In this document: piece after piece, positions 25,101-38,204 of the stretch
How positions within the stretch are numbered: position 1 is the stretch's first letter
Layout: each line of letters opens with the position of its first letter
Source of the DNA: Ginglymostoma cirratum
Taxonomy: Eukaryota
Direction of reading: 5' to 3'
Assembly: GCA_024137785.1 (NCBI GenBank)
Contig: JAHRHZ010000069.1
Location: 10,045,545-10,107,561 of the forward strand
DNA length: 62,017 bases
Position numbers and translations under genes: made by a program
The notes under the pieces: generated by a model
Database searches by the model: none
Seen by the model: the letters and a program-made list of their open reading frames with translations, nothing else
What the model was told of the DNA's origin: nothing

Positions 25101-26084
25101 TGTTTTTCTCATACTCTGTGGAGCCCTTGCAAAGTTTGTCCACATTAAAGGTGCTATATAAATACAAATCATTGCAATGTGTGTCAATCAGGTGCGGACA
25201 GGGTTGAACACAGGTCTCATTCTCCACATTTATCATATACCACAGTGTCCTGATGCACACTAAACAGGAGCCAAGGTGTTGGGTAGATGACTGGAGTGTT
25301 GTGCAGGATAAGATCAACAGTGACTTTATTCAGTCCCCATACTGGCTGTTAGTTCATGGACCTAAATCTTCACTTCACCCTCCACTTGTGGAGTACTTAT
25401 CACAAGCTATACATAACCAATCATCCCTGAGATGCTTATGGACAATGGACAATGGCTCCAAACCAAGGGCTCTTGGAAGAGATGGGGAAAGACTGCAAAA
25501 GGGAGAACTTATCAACCTATTTCAAGAAGCAATGTTCCTTTTAGTGACAATCAGCTCTGTCCAGAAAACATATTTAGAAAAACTATCTGTGTTAAAATCA
25601 ATGCCTTGTAGAAATAGAGGCAACAGCTTGCAAGTGGTTGCTTACAGTGGCTATGCAGTATACAGATTTGGAGACAGAAGAGAGGGCTTCTGTTGAACAC
25701 TGTCTAAATTTAATGAAATATTTTATCGGAAGAAATGTTTTAGCTCTGCAGTAACTTTCTCATTATGTGAGACCCAAAGGATCTGTGTGAAAAGTGCAGA
25801 ATAATAAGGTCTCCTGGGGTCTGGCATTCTACCAGAGCAGTCTTGCTATGTGTGCAGGAGAAAATCATGATGACAGAACTGTTAATCTGTGCTTCAGTGT
25901 CTGAGGGCTCAGTATGGGTTTTACAGCTGCTCAAGAAAGAGAAGTTACTTTAACAACTGCTCTACTGAAAAGAGTGTGAACCAGCATTAGTGATGGTAAG
26001 ACCTAGAGAAAACATCCCTATTTGTCACTACAAAAAAAAATTGCCAACTGTAGATCGACTATTTAGGGCTTCATCATTGAATAA

Positions 26085-26340
26085 TTATAAGGTGAAAAGC
26101 AGGAGGTTTAGTGTGGATTGGAGGAACAAACTTTGCAGCTGGAAGGTGGTAAGGGTCTGAAAGGCATGATCTGGGAGGGTAGTTGAGGCAGGTAACCTTG
26201 GACAAGTACTTGAAATGTCATAACATTCAAGCCTATGGGCCTAATGCAGGAAAGTGGGGACTAGTACAGTTTTAGTGTAGCTTTGGTAAGACAGAAGTGA
26301 TGGGCTTAAGGGCCTCTTCCGTACTGTATAATTCTATGAA
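26085..26340 (+). mobile_element. CR1 3' fragment
   Basis: aggaggtttagtgtggattggaggaac...ctatgggcctaatgcaggaaagtgggg...gatgggcttaagggcctcttccgtactgtataattctatga. Confidence 0.75.
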
Positions 26341-27439
26341 TAGACAGGTTAGACTGTCAGTCTCAAACTAGTATAAGAATAATGGGTAGGAGGGTGGGAG
26401 TGAGAATAGACTCCCTCTTAGTTTGGAATACTAGTACTTGGAACAGGTTTCCAGATCAAGTTAAGACCCTGTTTCCCACATCATCCAAGGACCACATATG
26501 ATCTGGTTGACTGCCGAATCATGCACGATATGGCTAAGAAGTGATTAACTTTGATGTTTTGTAAAACAATTTCTCCTCAGCTGTTCCAGCCCATGTTGAC
26601 TGAAGGGATAGAGTCTCTTTATGGAGACTGCTGTCTTCCATCAGTAACAATTGCTGGAGAAAGCTTACTTAATCACAATGGTCAGCTCTAGGGAAGACCT
26701 GTTTTTTTAGCACTAACTGAAAGGATGCAAAACCATCACTTAGTTCTGTGCAGTTGTAAACATTTACTTTGTGCGCGGTCTCTAGCACTGAATAAGGTTC
26801 TGCCACTGGACAATGTGTTTCCTCATAAAGGTAAATTCTTTAATCCTGTGATCCCAGCAGGTTGGATAAGATCAGCTCACCTCTGCAAGAAATTAAAGAT
26901 TTGATACCAGTAATTAGAGCAAGATCCCATCAATAAGCACACTTTTGAACTAATTGCACAGGGATGAACAGGGTCACAACCATAACAGGCTGTCTTACTC
27001 ACACACTCTGCTGCATTCTTCACAGGCAGTAATTACAATTCGGATACATCTCTTGCTTGTCAACCATGTGAGGCAACAAAAATGCACCCTGTTAATACAC
27101 TCACTCATAATCACCACTCCTTTCTTTCGGAACAAGACAGCATATAACATGTGGCAACAGGACCTGACCATGGGAGGGGGACATACAAATTAGAAGGTAA
27201 TTTAGCTCCTCAGGTCTGCTCTGCAACTGAAAAGATCAGGACTGAACTGAATGTGGCCTCAAGTCCCCCTGTCTGACTGTATCCAACTCCCGATAACACT
27301 TGATTCCTTGCAAATCAAACCTCAATCTAACTCAACATCCAATATATTCAATGATCCCGAGAAAGCAAATTCCATGGGCTAACAACTCTCTAAGACACCA
27401 TTTCATGATACAAATAAATCGTAAGAGCTGCCGATGCTG

Positions 27440-27646
27440 GAGTCAGATATAACACAGTATGGAGCTGGAGGAACACAGCAGGCCAAGCAGCAACAGAGGA
27501 GCAGGAATGTTGACGTTTCGGGTCAGGACCCTTTTTCAAAAAAATGAAGGGTCACGACCCGAAACATCAACTTTTCTGCTCCTCTGATGCTGCCTGGCCT
27601 ACTGTGCTCCTCCAGCTCCATACTGTGTTATTTCATGATCTGACTC
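27440..27646. mobile_element. Inverted (head-to-head) pair of Penelope-type short elements forming a ~200-bp hairpin
   Basis: The left arm ataacacagtatggagctggagg...gacgtttcgggtcaggaccctt pairs with the right arm aagggtcacgacccgaaacatc...cctccagctccatactgtgttat. Outer pairing gagtcagat/atctgactc. Confidence 0.85.
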
Positions 27647-28039
27647 TTTTTAATGGGGAAATGTTAGCAGCAATTGGAAGAGGAAGGGGAGGCAATGTGA
27701 CCAGAGACAGGGATGGTATCTCACCTAGAGGTATGCAGTCCCTGTAGCTTCGTTGTAGATGTACAAATATTTCCGAATCCTAATCATTCAAAGTCATCCT
27801 CATGGACCTAAACTCCATGTCATTTCATCATATACAACCTCCCACATGTATCACATGTGCTGCAGCTTGACATTACAGCTTTGTCAATGCAAGCTCCCAG
27901 GATCAAGGTACATATCATCCCGTGGAGCAAGTTAAGGAAGAACAGGAGTTACCTCACAAATAGAGGAAGAAAAAGAAGAGGACAGCAAAAATAAGTGAGC
28001 TGCATGAGTAGTTACCAGAGTCACAGACAACAATATCAT

Positions 28040-28345
28040 TGGAGAGGCGTTAGCCTTTTGGTATTATTGTTAGACTATTAACCAGAATCCAGGGAATGTT
28101 CTTGGGACCTGGGTTGAAATCCCACCATGGCAGATGATGAAGGTTTGAATTCATTAACATTCTTTAATTAGCAGTCTAATGATGAGCATTGAATCATTGC
28201 CAATTGTCAGGAAAAACCCATCTGGTTCACTAATGTCCTTTAGGGAAGGAAACTTCTATTTGTACCCAGTCTGGCTTACACATGACTCCAGACCACAACA
28301 ATGGGCAATTAGGAATGGACAATAAATTCCATGAACAAATGTTTT
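28040..28345 (+). mobile_element. tRNA-derived SINE (non-HE1) whose 3' tail matches the 4167-5905 LINE
   Basis: B-box-like gggttgaaatccc. Body aacccatctggttcactaatgtcctttagggaaggaaa. Tail gggcaattaggaatggacaataaat. Further copies at ~22760-22930 (+) and ~44375-44735 (-). Confidence 0.65.
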
Positions 28346-30289
28346 TAAAAATGCACACATTCGAGACTGATTTCGAATAGGATTCCTCTAATGGGATGGA
28401 CCAGCCATTCTGCTAGAAAAGAAGCAAAAGAGAACTTTGCAGAGCTAAACATTAAATGTTTGGTGCAATGGACAGTGTCTAGCAGGATGTCCATTTTCAG
28501 CTTGATCTGTGGCTGGAGCTACAGCCAGAAAACCATTCTCGCCAGCTTGGAGCAACTAGTGGAAGCTAATCTCACGCAGCATCTGATGACTGAGGTTGCA
28601 CCTTCTACTGCAGTCATTACAGTTTGCATGGAATAAATGACTTCTGCACTCCAAGCTCAGGAGGTTGTCATGTGGCTCTGTCTTGTTGATAGGGGTTCCT
28701 GTGCAAGAAATCTTGCCCCAATCATTAGACTGATAAGTGTAAGCTTGCAGACTCCTGGGACAGTGGTATGCAAATATGAAACAAGAACCCATTGGCCTTT
28801 CTGTGGATCGCAATATTCCTGGTTCTTCACCTGCTATTGCACCATAGCCTCTCCCATTGCCAATCAGCTAGACAACCCAGGCTGCTGAAATCCGTGCCGA
28901 AATAACACAACCTAAGGTAGGTTGCAAGCTCCTGTTACAGACGACCTGTTGTGTTTGTGCTGACTTTCTGCAAAAGCAATTCAGCTAGTGCCATCTTTCT
29001 ATCCTTTGCCATAGCCCAGTTTGCATGCTAATCCAATTCTTTTTGAGAGCCTTGATTGTTTCTGCATCCACCATGGCCTCAAGTAGTACACTGCAGATAC
29101 TGATCATCTGCTATGTAAATGTGACCTTCACAGCCCACAACCTCTCCAGGGTGTCCCAGAAGAACACACTCACTGCAGCATTCAGATCACCTTTCATTGC
29201 CATTTCATAGATGTACTGGATTACACAAGAACTCATATAGGTTAGCCACTAAGGATATGTATCAGGGTGAATAGTTCCACATTTGTGAGTGCTGTTGATT
29301 GTGTCATATTAATCTAGATTATTTTTAATAAAGAGATAGTAATTATGGTAATTGGGTATTGGCAGAGTTGGTGTGATTTTTTAAAATGTCTTTCCTGGGG
29401 AAGGGAGTGAAAGGATTGAGTGCTGGTTATGGAGGGCTATCTGATGGATCCTCAGTTGTGGAAGGTACATCATGTGGCAACAGCACAGCTCTGAAGTCTC
29501 ATGTAAGAGCACTTACTCTGAAAAGCACTTATGAATTAGAGGACAAGCTGCATCACTCCCAGGTGGACCCTGTCCCCCTAGAAGCTGTTGATGCTCCTCC
29601 CACTTCCCCATCTCCTGTTACTCCAGGGTCTACAAAGCATCTTGCACATTCCCCTCTGTTAGATATTTTCATTCTATGGTTCCCAGCTTGGGATCATTAC
29701 AGTGAGGAATATTTGGTAGTATATATTTCAAGGGCAAGGCCAGGGTGTAGCGAATCACCAGAGGGATTGAATCCACCCCTCTGGCATAAACTGAATAACC
29801 TGTTGAGTTAACTGACCCAGTCAGTTAATGTGTCTCTGAGGGTGCTTTGACCAACAGAGAGAAATGGAGTAATGATGTGATTGGCAATTAATTGATGCCA
29901 TTGCGGCTCACTGTGAATTTTCGTAACTGCATTACAAAAGTTCAGTCTGCAGCATGTAGATCATCCACTGTGGTGTAAATGCACCAGCTACTGCTCTGTG
30001 TGAAATAATTGGCAGAGTTTTGAGAGTCTACAGTTAAAATGTTTCTGGTTCTAAACTCCCCAATACACCAGCAACATCCCTCGTAAGAAAAACAGAATGA
30101 GCAGAGTTTCTAGAATCTTTCTATCAAGAAATTGAATGAAGAGTCACAATTGACACCTTAGAAAACTACCAACATTGCAAAGCTTCAATGAAGTCAATTA
30201 GAAAGCGGTATGGAAATGACGACAAGTTTGAGCTTTAAAATATGAAGACATCTGTGGGAAACAAGTTGGGAGAGGTAAAAGGATTCAAA

Positions 30290-31320
30290 GCTATGTGGTC
30301 ACATGAAGTAATTATAAAAGCCAATACAATGTTATCGTTTATCATGAGGGGAGCTGAACACAGAAGTAGGGAGGTTATGCTTCTGTTGTACCAGGTGAGC
30401 CCATATCTCAAATATTTTGCACAGCATCAGTCTCCTTGCTTATTGGAGGAAGTTAATGAAGCAGTTCAAAGAAGATTTACCAGAAATCCAGAATGGACAG
30501 GTTATCTAATGAATGATTAAACAGGTTTTTCTTGTATATGCTGGAGTTTAGAAAAATAAGAGGTGACATGATTGAAACATGTAAGATCTGAAGAGTCTTC
30601 TTTTGGTAGATGTGAAGGGGGTATTTTCCTGTTGTGTGAGAATCTAGAATTAGGAGTCATTGGGTGGCATGGTGGCTCAGTGTCACTGCTTCCTCACAGC
30701 ACCAGGGATCCAGGTTAGATTCCACTCTTGGGCAACTATCTATGTGGAGTTTGTACATTCTGCACAAGTTTGCATGGGTTTTTTCCAGGTGCTCTGGTTT
30801 TCTCCCACTTTCAGATTATGTAGATTGACCATGCTAAATTGCCCATTGTATTCAGGGACGTGCAGGCTAGATGGATTAGCCATGGGAAATGCAGGGTTGC
30901 AGGGATAGGGTCAGGGTGTGGGTCTGGATTGTATGCTGTTCCGGATGGTTGTTGTTGACTTCATGGGCCAAATAACCTTCTTTCACACTATAGGGAATCT
31001 ATGATGATAATTTCCATCTAAAAATCAGGGCTCATCTACTTAAAACAGAGATGAGGCTTTCTTTTCTCTCACAGGGTTATGAGTCTTTGTGACTCTCTTC
31101 CTGAAAATGTTATAGAGACAGAATCCTTGAATATTTTTAAGGCAGAGATAAACATACTTGTTAAACAAGGAGATGAAAAGTTATCAGAGATAGGTTGAAA
31201 TGTGGATTTAAGCTACAATCAGATAAACCATAAACTTATTAAATCGTGAGCAGGCCCGGTGGGGGATAGTGAGGGGATAGCGCTGAATGGCCCACTCCTT
31301 CTCATTGCACGTATGTTCTT
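30290..31320 (+). mobile_element. CR1 3' fragment split by an HE1 SINE
   Basis: ORF 30242-30520 (KANTMLSFIMRGAEHRSREVMLLLY...VQRRFTR). The element resumes after ~31010 (aaaaatcagggctc...acagagatgagg) and runs to the 3' end gctgaatggcccactcct. Confidence 0.85.
30662..31005 (+). mobile_element. HE1-type V-SINE
   Basis: gggtggcatggtggctcagtg head, V-domain, and tail tttcacactatagggaatctatga. Confidence 0.9.
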
Positions 31321-33029
31321 GAATCATAGGGAAAGGGAAAATTGGAGAACTTGTGAAAGTGATGAATATAAAAGATAACATGCATGCAGTTTAGGAGGAT
31401 CAAGTTCAGAGTACTGGAGAATGTAATTAATCAGTTTAATTACTTGCCTATCTGAAATCTTTATACAATTACACCAAAAAAAAGCAGAGATGTGATTGAA
31501 GAAAATGACAAAAGATTGATTTGCTTGCTAAGTATCCCTGTTGATTTGAATTATGCAGCTAGAAAATTTGGTCAGATTGTACATAAATAATACCAGGATG
31601 CCGAGACATGCACAAAATGTGAGGAAACATACTAATATGGTCATAAATATCAATAAAGATATAACATTGTATAAAGACAAAATTAGAAAATTAGCATGTT
31701 TAGTCAATAAATTATAGCAAGGATTAGAGATTCCTGATCACAATTTTACCAGTGCTCAGACAATCTTACAGTTTCTGAAAAGGGGAGACAATTCAAGTCA
31801 GTTTTAAAAGCAGTCCTCCAGGTTTGAACAGGAAGCACAATAGAAAAGTACAATAAAGAAAGCTACAATTGCTAATTAAGTTATGAAATGGTACATGATT
31901 GCAGGGTAGTCAAGCTCGTGAAAGGCAAATTCAAGACTAGAATTTGGAATCCATTCTCCTCACAAAGAGCATTCAGCATGTACACTGGACGTCTGCTGGG
32001 ACAGTGGAGGCAAAATTGCTGAGATATTTCAATATTGTGTTCAGCCATTGTACCTTTTGGGATAGAGGAACTGCTAATCTTGCAATCTTGTGAAATGGAT
32101 TTATAATTGAGCCTATTAATCATAAATCTCAACCCTCAAATGTTGAGGCAACTGTGTTGCTTTTGTCTCGTTTTTGAAAGCGAAACCTGACAGGTGGAAG
32201 TTTGGCAATTTCCCCTCCGTTCTCATCTTCAGCTAACTCTCCCTCACTTAACCATACTGCCTTATTTGATCACGAGTGCACAGAAGTTAAGAGACAACTT
32301 CCTCTTCAGTGTCATTACAGGAGATGGCAAAAGGCTGAGTAGTCCAGTTGAGTAAACCATTTTCAAAGAGTTGTGGGACTCCTCATGCCCCCCCAAAAAT
32401 CAGTCCAAAATTGGGATCAGAATTCCAGTCTGTTATGATATGCCCACACACTAATTCATGCTGAAATAAATGTGGAATGACTTAGAATCTGAGGAACTCT
32501 GAAATAAAAATGAGTACAGTTAAAAGATTTGACAGAACTGTAGGTCAACCTATTTCTTTTGCTTTGTTAACTGGCATTGCAAGATGGGACAAATGAAAAA
32601 CTTCTTGGGTTTCTTGTTAGGGTCTAAAATAAAATTGTTTGAAGGGCATTTACCCAGTTCCCAATGAGGCAGTCCCATAAGACAAACTTGTTTGCAAATG
32701 GTGTGTGAGATAATTGAAGAATGTAGGAGGCCAGCCTTCAGAACCTGGGGTGAAATCATGGTGGTGGAGCATAGCAGAGGGAGCGATACATCACATTCAA
32801 ATGACAGACCTAATGAGGCTTGAAGTGATTCAGCTCATTGGGTTGTATATTCACACAATATGGTGTAACAATGGAGAAGCAAACACATTTGTTATCAGTA
32901 AGAGTCATAATCTGGCACCTGGGAGCAAATTTCTACACAGAATTATTGAATGCACATCTTATCTTTCTGCTAGCTAGCAAGGTCTGTGAAATTCATCTGA
33001 ACATTCTCAATCCACAATGTTCAGTAAAT

Positions 33030-33900
33030 GGTGGTATTATAGTGTACTGGTACAGCTTGGTTCAAGGCATATCTAGTTCTGCAGTAGAGGTTTTCAGCAT
33101 TGTAGATGGGACGCCCTCAGAGTACATAGCCATGTCTAGTTCCCTTAGCTGATTCCTTGATATCACATGTGGTGAATTCAATTATCTGAAGACATCACCT
33201 GTGGTAGCCTCAGGGTTTCCAATGTGCATCACTTGTTCAGCAATTTTGGTGACAGATGGTTGCAATAGCTTCAGCTTATTCTTTGCATTCACTTGTTTAG
33301 CCACGTCCTTACTAAGGCTGGGGGTGGTCATGATGCTTCTCCTCTTACTAGTTGCTTAATTTTTCATTACTATTCATATGTGGACTATCTGCAGAACTTT
33401 GATCTTATCCATCAGTTGATTGCTTAACCCACCTGTCATATGCTCCTCCTGTTGTTTATAGCACACATAGAGTCCCACAACACCAGATGGACACCTCACT
33501 TTTAGATATATCTGCTGCCATTTCTTGTTGAATTAGGATTTCTCCCTGGCTTCATGGTAACTTTTTTGATTCACTCATTGGATGTGAATGTTGCTTGCTG
33601 AGCTGGTCAGTACTAGCCATTGAGAAAGTTGTGGTGAGCTGCCTTCTTGAAATGTTGCAGTAGGGACACCCACAGTGCCATTAGGGAAGGAATTTGAAGA
33701 TGTTGACCCAGTGACAATAAAGGAACGGTGACATAATTCTCAGTCAAAATTGGTGAGTGGCTTGGGGTTGAGTTTGCAAGTGGTGATGTATCTACTGCCC
33801 TTGTCATTTGAGATAGTGATGGCTGTGAGTTTGCTAAACCATTTCAGAGGCAATTAGGAGTCAACTGTACTACCAAATCTGGAATTGTAGCCAACAGAAC
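33030..33900 (-). mobile_element. Fragments of the same LINE/SINE family as 4167-5905
   Basis: 33480-33525 matches 5840-5885 (gacacctcacttttagatat). 33565-33830 matches the 3' region 4170-4440 (ttgagaaagttgtggtgagctg). Confidence 0.6.
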
Positions 33901-35775
33901 ACTTGTGGTATAAACAACCATTTGGAGTGACAGAGTCTTTTTGCATAAAAACAAATCCAAAAGGCACTATATAAGATGCATTTTTAAAAAATGAAACGAT
34001 CAATGACCAAAAAATTGGCCAAAGGGGTAGGTGTTAAGAGGTGGCTTAAAATAAAAAAAAGTCAGGGAAAAGGCTGAGAGGTGTTGGGAAGAAGCGATAG
34101 AGCTTCGGAGCTCGGCAATTGAAGTTAGAGCCATCAATGAGCAACTAGGACTGTTCAACAGACCTGTGTTAGAAATATGCAGGTACCCGAGAGTTGCTAT
34201 ATTGTAGACCTGCACAATAACACATTGCAAACTCCAACAATGTTGTCCAACAGTGTGGGACTTTCGGAGTCCAACAGTGCTCTAAATTCACCAGTTCATC
34301 CATTGCGCATGTTGATTAATAGAAAATGATATGTGAAGCACTGTACCTCAGACAGCGTAACATTATTAACGAGTCAGTCTATTTCGTCAACTCCCTTGAA
34401 GAGAGATTGCAGCTCTTGTCTCCCGAGTGTATACTACCGAAAACAGGACCACACAGAAACTTAAAGCTGCAGAACAGCTGAAGTCGGGAATGTAGGATGA
34501 GACTGAAACAAGAGGGAGATTTATCCTACTTCCAGTGATCTATAATACTCAGGGGGTGCTTGACACAGGGAAATAGATCGACTATGCTCCGTTCCCAGCA
34601 CGAACATTACTTAACCCGGTAAACACCAAATACAGACAAAAACAAACATTCATAAAGAGGCGCACTCCTTCAGGTTTCCGGTGCTGACTTCCAGACTCAA
34701 GGACCTGGTTGTCATTCCACGGCAAAGACAGAGTGAGCTCTGCTCATGCCAAGCAAATGGCAACTGCTGCAGTTGGCAATGCAGGGTTCAGAGATGGGTA
34801 ATGCTGGCAGCTCCTGGGGTCACTGTGAGCTGCGAGTGGGTACCTGATTGAAATGGTGCGTCGCCGTGTGTGGCTCACTGATATAACGTAGTGTTGTTAG
34901 CCCGTATCTAGAACCTACCAGCCCCGGAGTGGTACAGGTGAGGGAACTTGGAGAAGTGTTTCAGTCAGTCTCGCACACACACACAGCTTCTAAAACGCAA
35001 ATAGAGACTTCGATAAGTGGGAATTGTGCACAGGGCTCCTTTATTTTGAAACGTGGTCGGTGGTGGTGAGAGGGGAGGGGTTTGGTGGGTGTGGAGAGGG
35101 GAAGAATGCACGAAATGTCCCGTCCCCGTGAGAGGGGACCATTGCGCTCCCGGCTCATGCCTGGACACGGCAATGCCGGATGGATGGACCCCTGACAATT
35201 TGGAAGCTCCCCACGGCAACTGAATGCTCATTCACTGTTCGGGGGCTGCTCAGCAACACACAGCTCAACCGCATGCACCCCCCCAAAAAAAAAAACACAA
35301 CCCCTAGCTTCTTCAGGCTTGACACAGCATTCCTGCAATACTGTAAGTGTAACATTGACTGGCAACAGTGAACTAGTTCCACAAGAGTGCCCCTTTAGCA
35401 AAAAGAGCTTAGTTACCCAATAATAATGAGTTAGGGTGGGTGGGGGGCTGCTCGTTTTGATTTTCTCACCCCTACATTCCATTCTTTTTCACCCCCCAAA
35501 AAAAAATCCCCCCGTTTACACATTTCCATTTACCTCAGGCGAACAGGGCATCTCCTGCTAATATTGTGGGGGGGTGGGGGTGGTGGTGAAGGGAAGGAAA
35601 CTTGAAGAGAGTGCAGATACATTGCTTTCTTTTTGACGGGGCTCCAGCATTGTGTGGTGTGTGTGTGTGTTAGTGCATTTCGGTCGAAGTGCCTCGAGGT
35701 TCCCTTTTTTTTAATTTTGCTCATCTTTGTTTTGGAGCCCACTGCCCTTTGTTCTCTGAACCTCGCCATCCACGG

Positions 35776-35789
35776 GTTGCCACGGCAAT
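35776..35789. promoter_or_regulatory. RFX X-box-like palindrome
   Basis: GTTGCCACGGCAAT versus the consensus GTTGCCATGGCAAC. Related half sites CACGGCAA at 34718, 35166 and 35212. Confidence 0.65.
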
Positions 35790-36250
35790 GAGCCAGTATG
35801 GCCGGCTTGCTGGATTACCATATCAATTCTGTCCAATGAAAGCAGTTTACTACACAACAACAAAAATAAGAGCTGGCATTTCATTGCTGCTCCCTGTCCA
35901 GTGAAAGAAAAGTGATTCCTTGTTTGCTCTATTAACGGATCTATTCAGACAGTGCTGATTGCATTTCTTTTTTTAAAATCTCCCCTCTCTCTGTTTATAT
36001 ATATATATAAAAGATATATATATAAATATAAACTCTAAACCCTGCAGAAAGGGGTCGTAGCCCAGGTAAAGCTCCCTTTTATTTCCATGCTGCTTGTTCA
36101 TTGGCTCGCCCACTGGCATGCCAGCGGTGCCTTTGTTCTTCCTGTGAGGCTGAAGGGAATGCTTTCTCTCTCTCACTGTGCATCCACTAAAGCTCCGGGT
36201 GAAAGAGAAAAGGAGGGTGGGGATTAGAGGGAGAGAGCGGCGGACTGCTG

Positions 36251-36494
36251 ATGCAAGCTGATGGGGGAAGCATGTTATCAGTGCGGGGAGCCTCGCTCCG
36301 CCCCGCCAGCGGAGGTGGGCACCAGGCGTTAAGTGCAGCACCAAACCCAGAGGGAGGAGAAAGAGAGAGAGAAACAGAGAGAGTGCAGGTTTCACCTGGA
36401 ACCGACACCATCCGAGCCCCCACGTCCCAACTTCCACTGGGGAGGGTGGGGGTTGGGGGAGAGAACCTAAACTCGAGTTGGACTGAATCGTCAG
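36251..36494 (+). other. Candidate first exon (possibly coding, MQADGGSMLSVRG...SWTESS), ending at donor CAG|GTAGGC
   Basis: ATG-initiated frame open to a consensus-like donor inside the CpG island, followed by T-rich intron-like sequence. The peptide is not recognised and could be 5' UTR. Confidence 0.35.
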
Positions 36495-38204
36495 GTAGGC
36501 ACATTTGTTTAACTTTCTTTTTGCTGTTACTGTGATCTTGATTCAGTCCAATACATTGTTTTGTTTTTGTTAAATTTGAAATGAGCCCCACAAAGGATTG
36601 CATGCTAGAGAGGCGGGGGGAAAGGGCTCTGCACTCAATGAAATGAGGCTAAGTCATCGGCTGCAAGTTCCCTGGATGAAGTCAACTCTTATCTGCTTTT
36701 TCACACTGTAATGTTCTTTTGTTGCTAGCTTCAGTGCTCTGTTCCCCCTGCTCCCCGGAACCCAGTTGCAGATCTTTGCAAACTACTCATATTGTTTTAA
36801 AGTCGGGTTTGTTTTGTGTTCTGCTGCCAATTGTTTTCTTTTTATTTTTAAGGGGGCTGTGTTTCTGACACACGAAAAAATACGACCCTCCCACCCCCAT
36901 TGCTGACACTGAACAGCAACCCAGCAATAAAGGAACCTTCCAGTTGTGGCTCTTTGTCAGTCCAAACTGAACGATTTATTCTCTTTAGCTGTTGGCTGGA
37001 CTTCACCAAATTGAAGACTTAAAAGGTTTCCTTTTTCAGGAGGACGGAAAAATGAATGATAAGGCTTCACAATTTTAATTTAGGATTTCCAGCAGTTTTG
37101 ACTGCTCCGTCTCGCTGACCACCCTCCGCACCAGGTTTGTTCTCAGTAATACTGATGTTCCGAGTCTTAAAACTCAGGTGAAATGCGCACCTCTTAAAAG
37201 TTCGGATTTTTTTTTTGGCCGGAGAGGCCGGCGGGTCTGCAGAATGTTGGTGGCGAGATTCAAATTTAGGATTGGGATTTCCAGTTTTGTACCCCATGTG
37301 TTAAAATGATTATTAAGAAGCCTCCATCTGTTACCGAATGGATTCCAATTGAGAGCAGCTTTTTAATATTAAAACGGATCTAAGATCCTGGGAATCTCGA
37401 ACTGGGAGAAAAGAATTAGCACCGATCAGTAATTATTTTTGCATTGGTTAGAGTGTGTTGTGTGCACAATAACTGGCGATATATCATCTAAATAGTTCAC
37501 CTTCTTCCTGACCCCATAGTTCAGTTTTAAACAAAGACTGATTTTAGTAATATTCTATGATTCTGCAAAGTTTCCGACTTCTGAAATTTTGTGTCGTCCA
37601 GCACTTTGCACCTCCCCTTGCAGATGATGCTGGGAGCAGTTTTGTTTCAGCTTACCCATGACAAATGTCACGATCTGCCCTCCAGACTGTTTTCAGTGAG
37701 GTGCAAATGTTTCACCTTTTGTGTTCGCCACTAATTTTTGTCAGGAAAAAAAGACCCTCTCCATTCACTGTCTGACACAAAGAGACAACAGCACTCTGAC
37801 AATTTAAACATTCGTGCACCAGCATCTTAAAAACAAATTTGATGAATTCTGTAAAAAAAACATTTTAAGTATAACTGGAGCAGACTGTTCTGAAAACTTG
37901 GTTTAATGCTAATTCTTGTTGTGTCATTGTTAGCTTGGCAAACCGTATGAAAAGCTAGATACAGTGGGATATTGCAGTTTTATGGGATTTTCCCTTTCAG
38001 TTTATAATGGTAGATAATGTGCTAATGATGGGTAAGGATTGTGTTTTACTGCTGGAGAACAAACCAGTGCTCTGAATGTTAACCATGAAACATGGTTTGA
38101 ACAAAGCATTCAATGTCCATCATTTAGATGGATGGTGCCCCTTGCTTTTCCCTGTTAAACCATCCATTCTTAGCTTTTGGAGTATATATAATCCTTTTCT
38201 GAAA

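Larger units (their letters stand above)
34650..37300. promoter_or_regulatory. CpG/GC-enriched promoter-like island of an unidentified host gene
   Basis: Visibly higher CpG density than the flanks and free of recognisable TEs. Contains X-box-like motifs, a TA-rich tract at ~35993-36032, and splice donors at 34937|8, 35342|3 and 36494|5 (+) and 35534|3 (-). Confidence 0.7.

Noticed and set aside
29386-29811. 141-aa ORF and neighbouring 27660-29300 sequence as a gene or DNA-transposon relic
   Set aside because: No domain motif or splice structure could be supported by eye.
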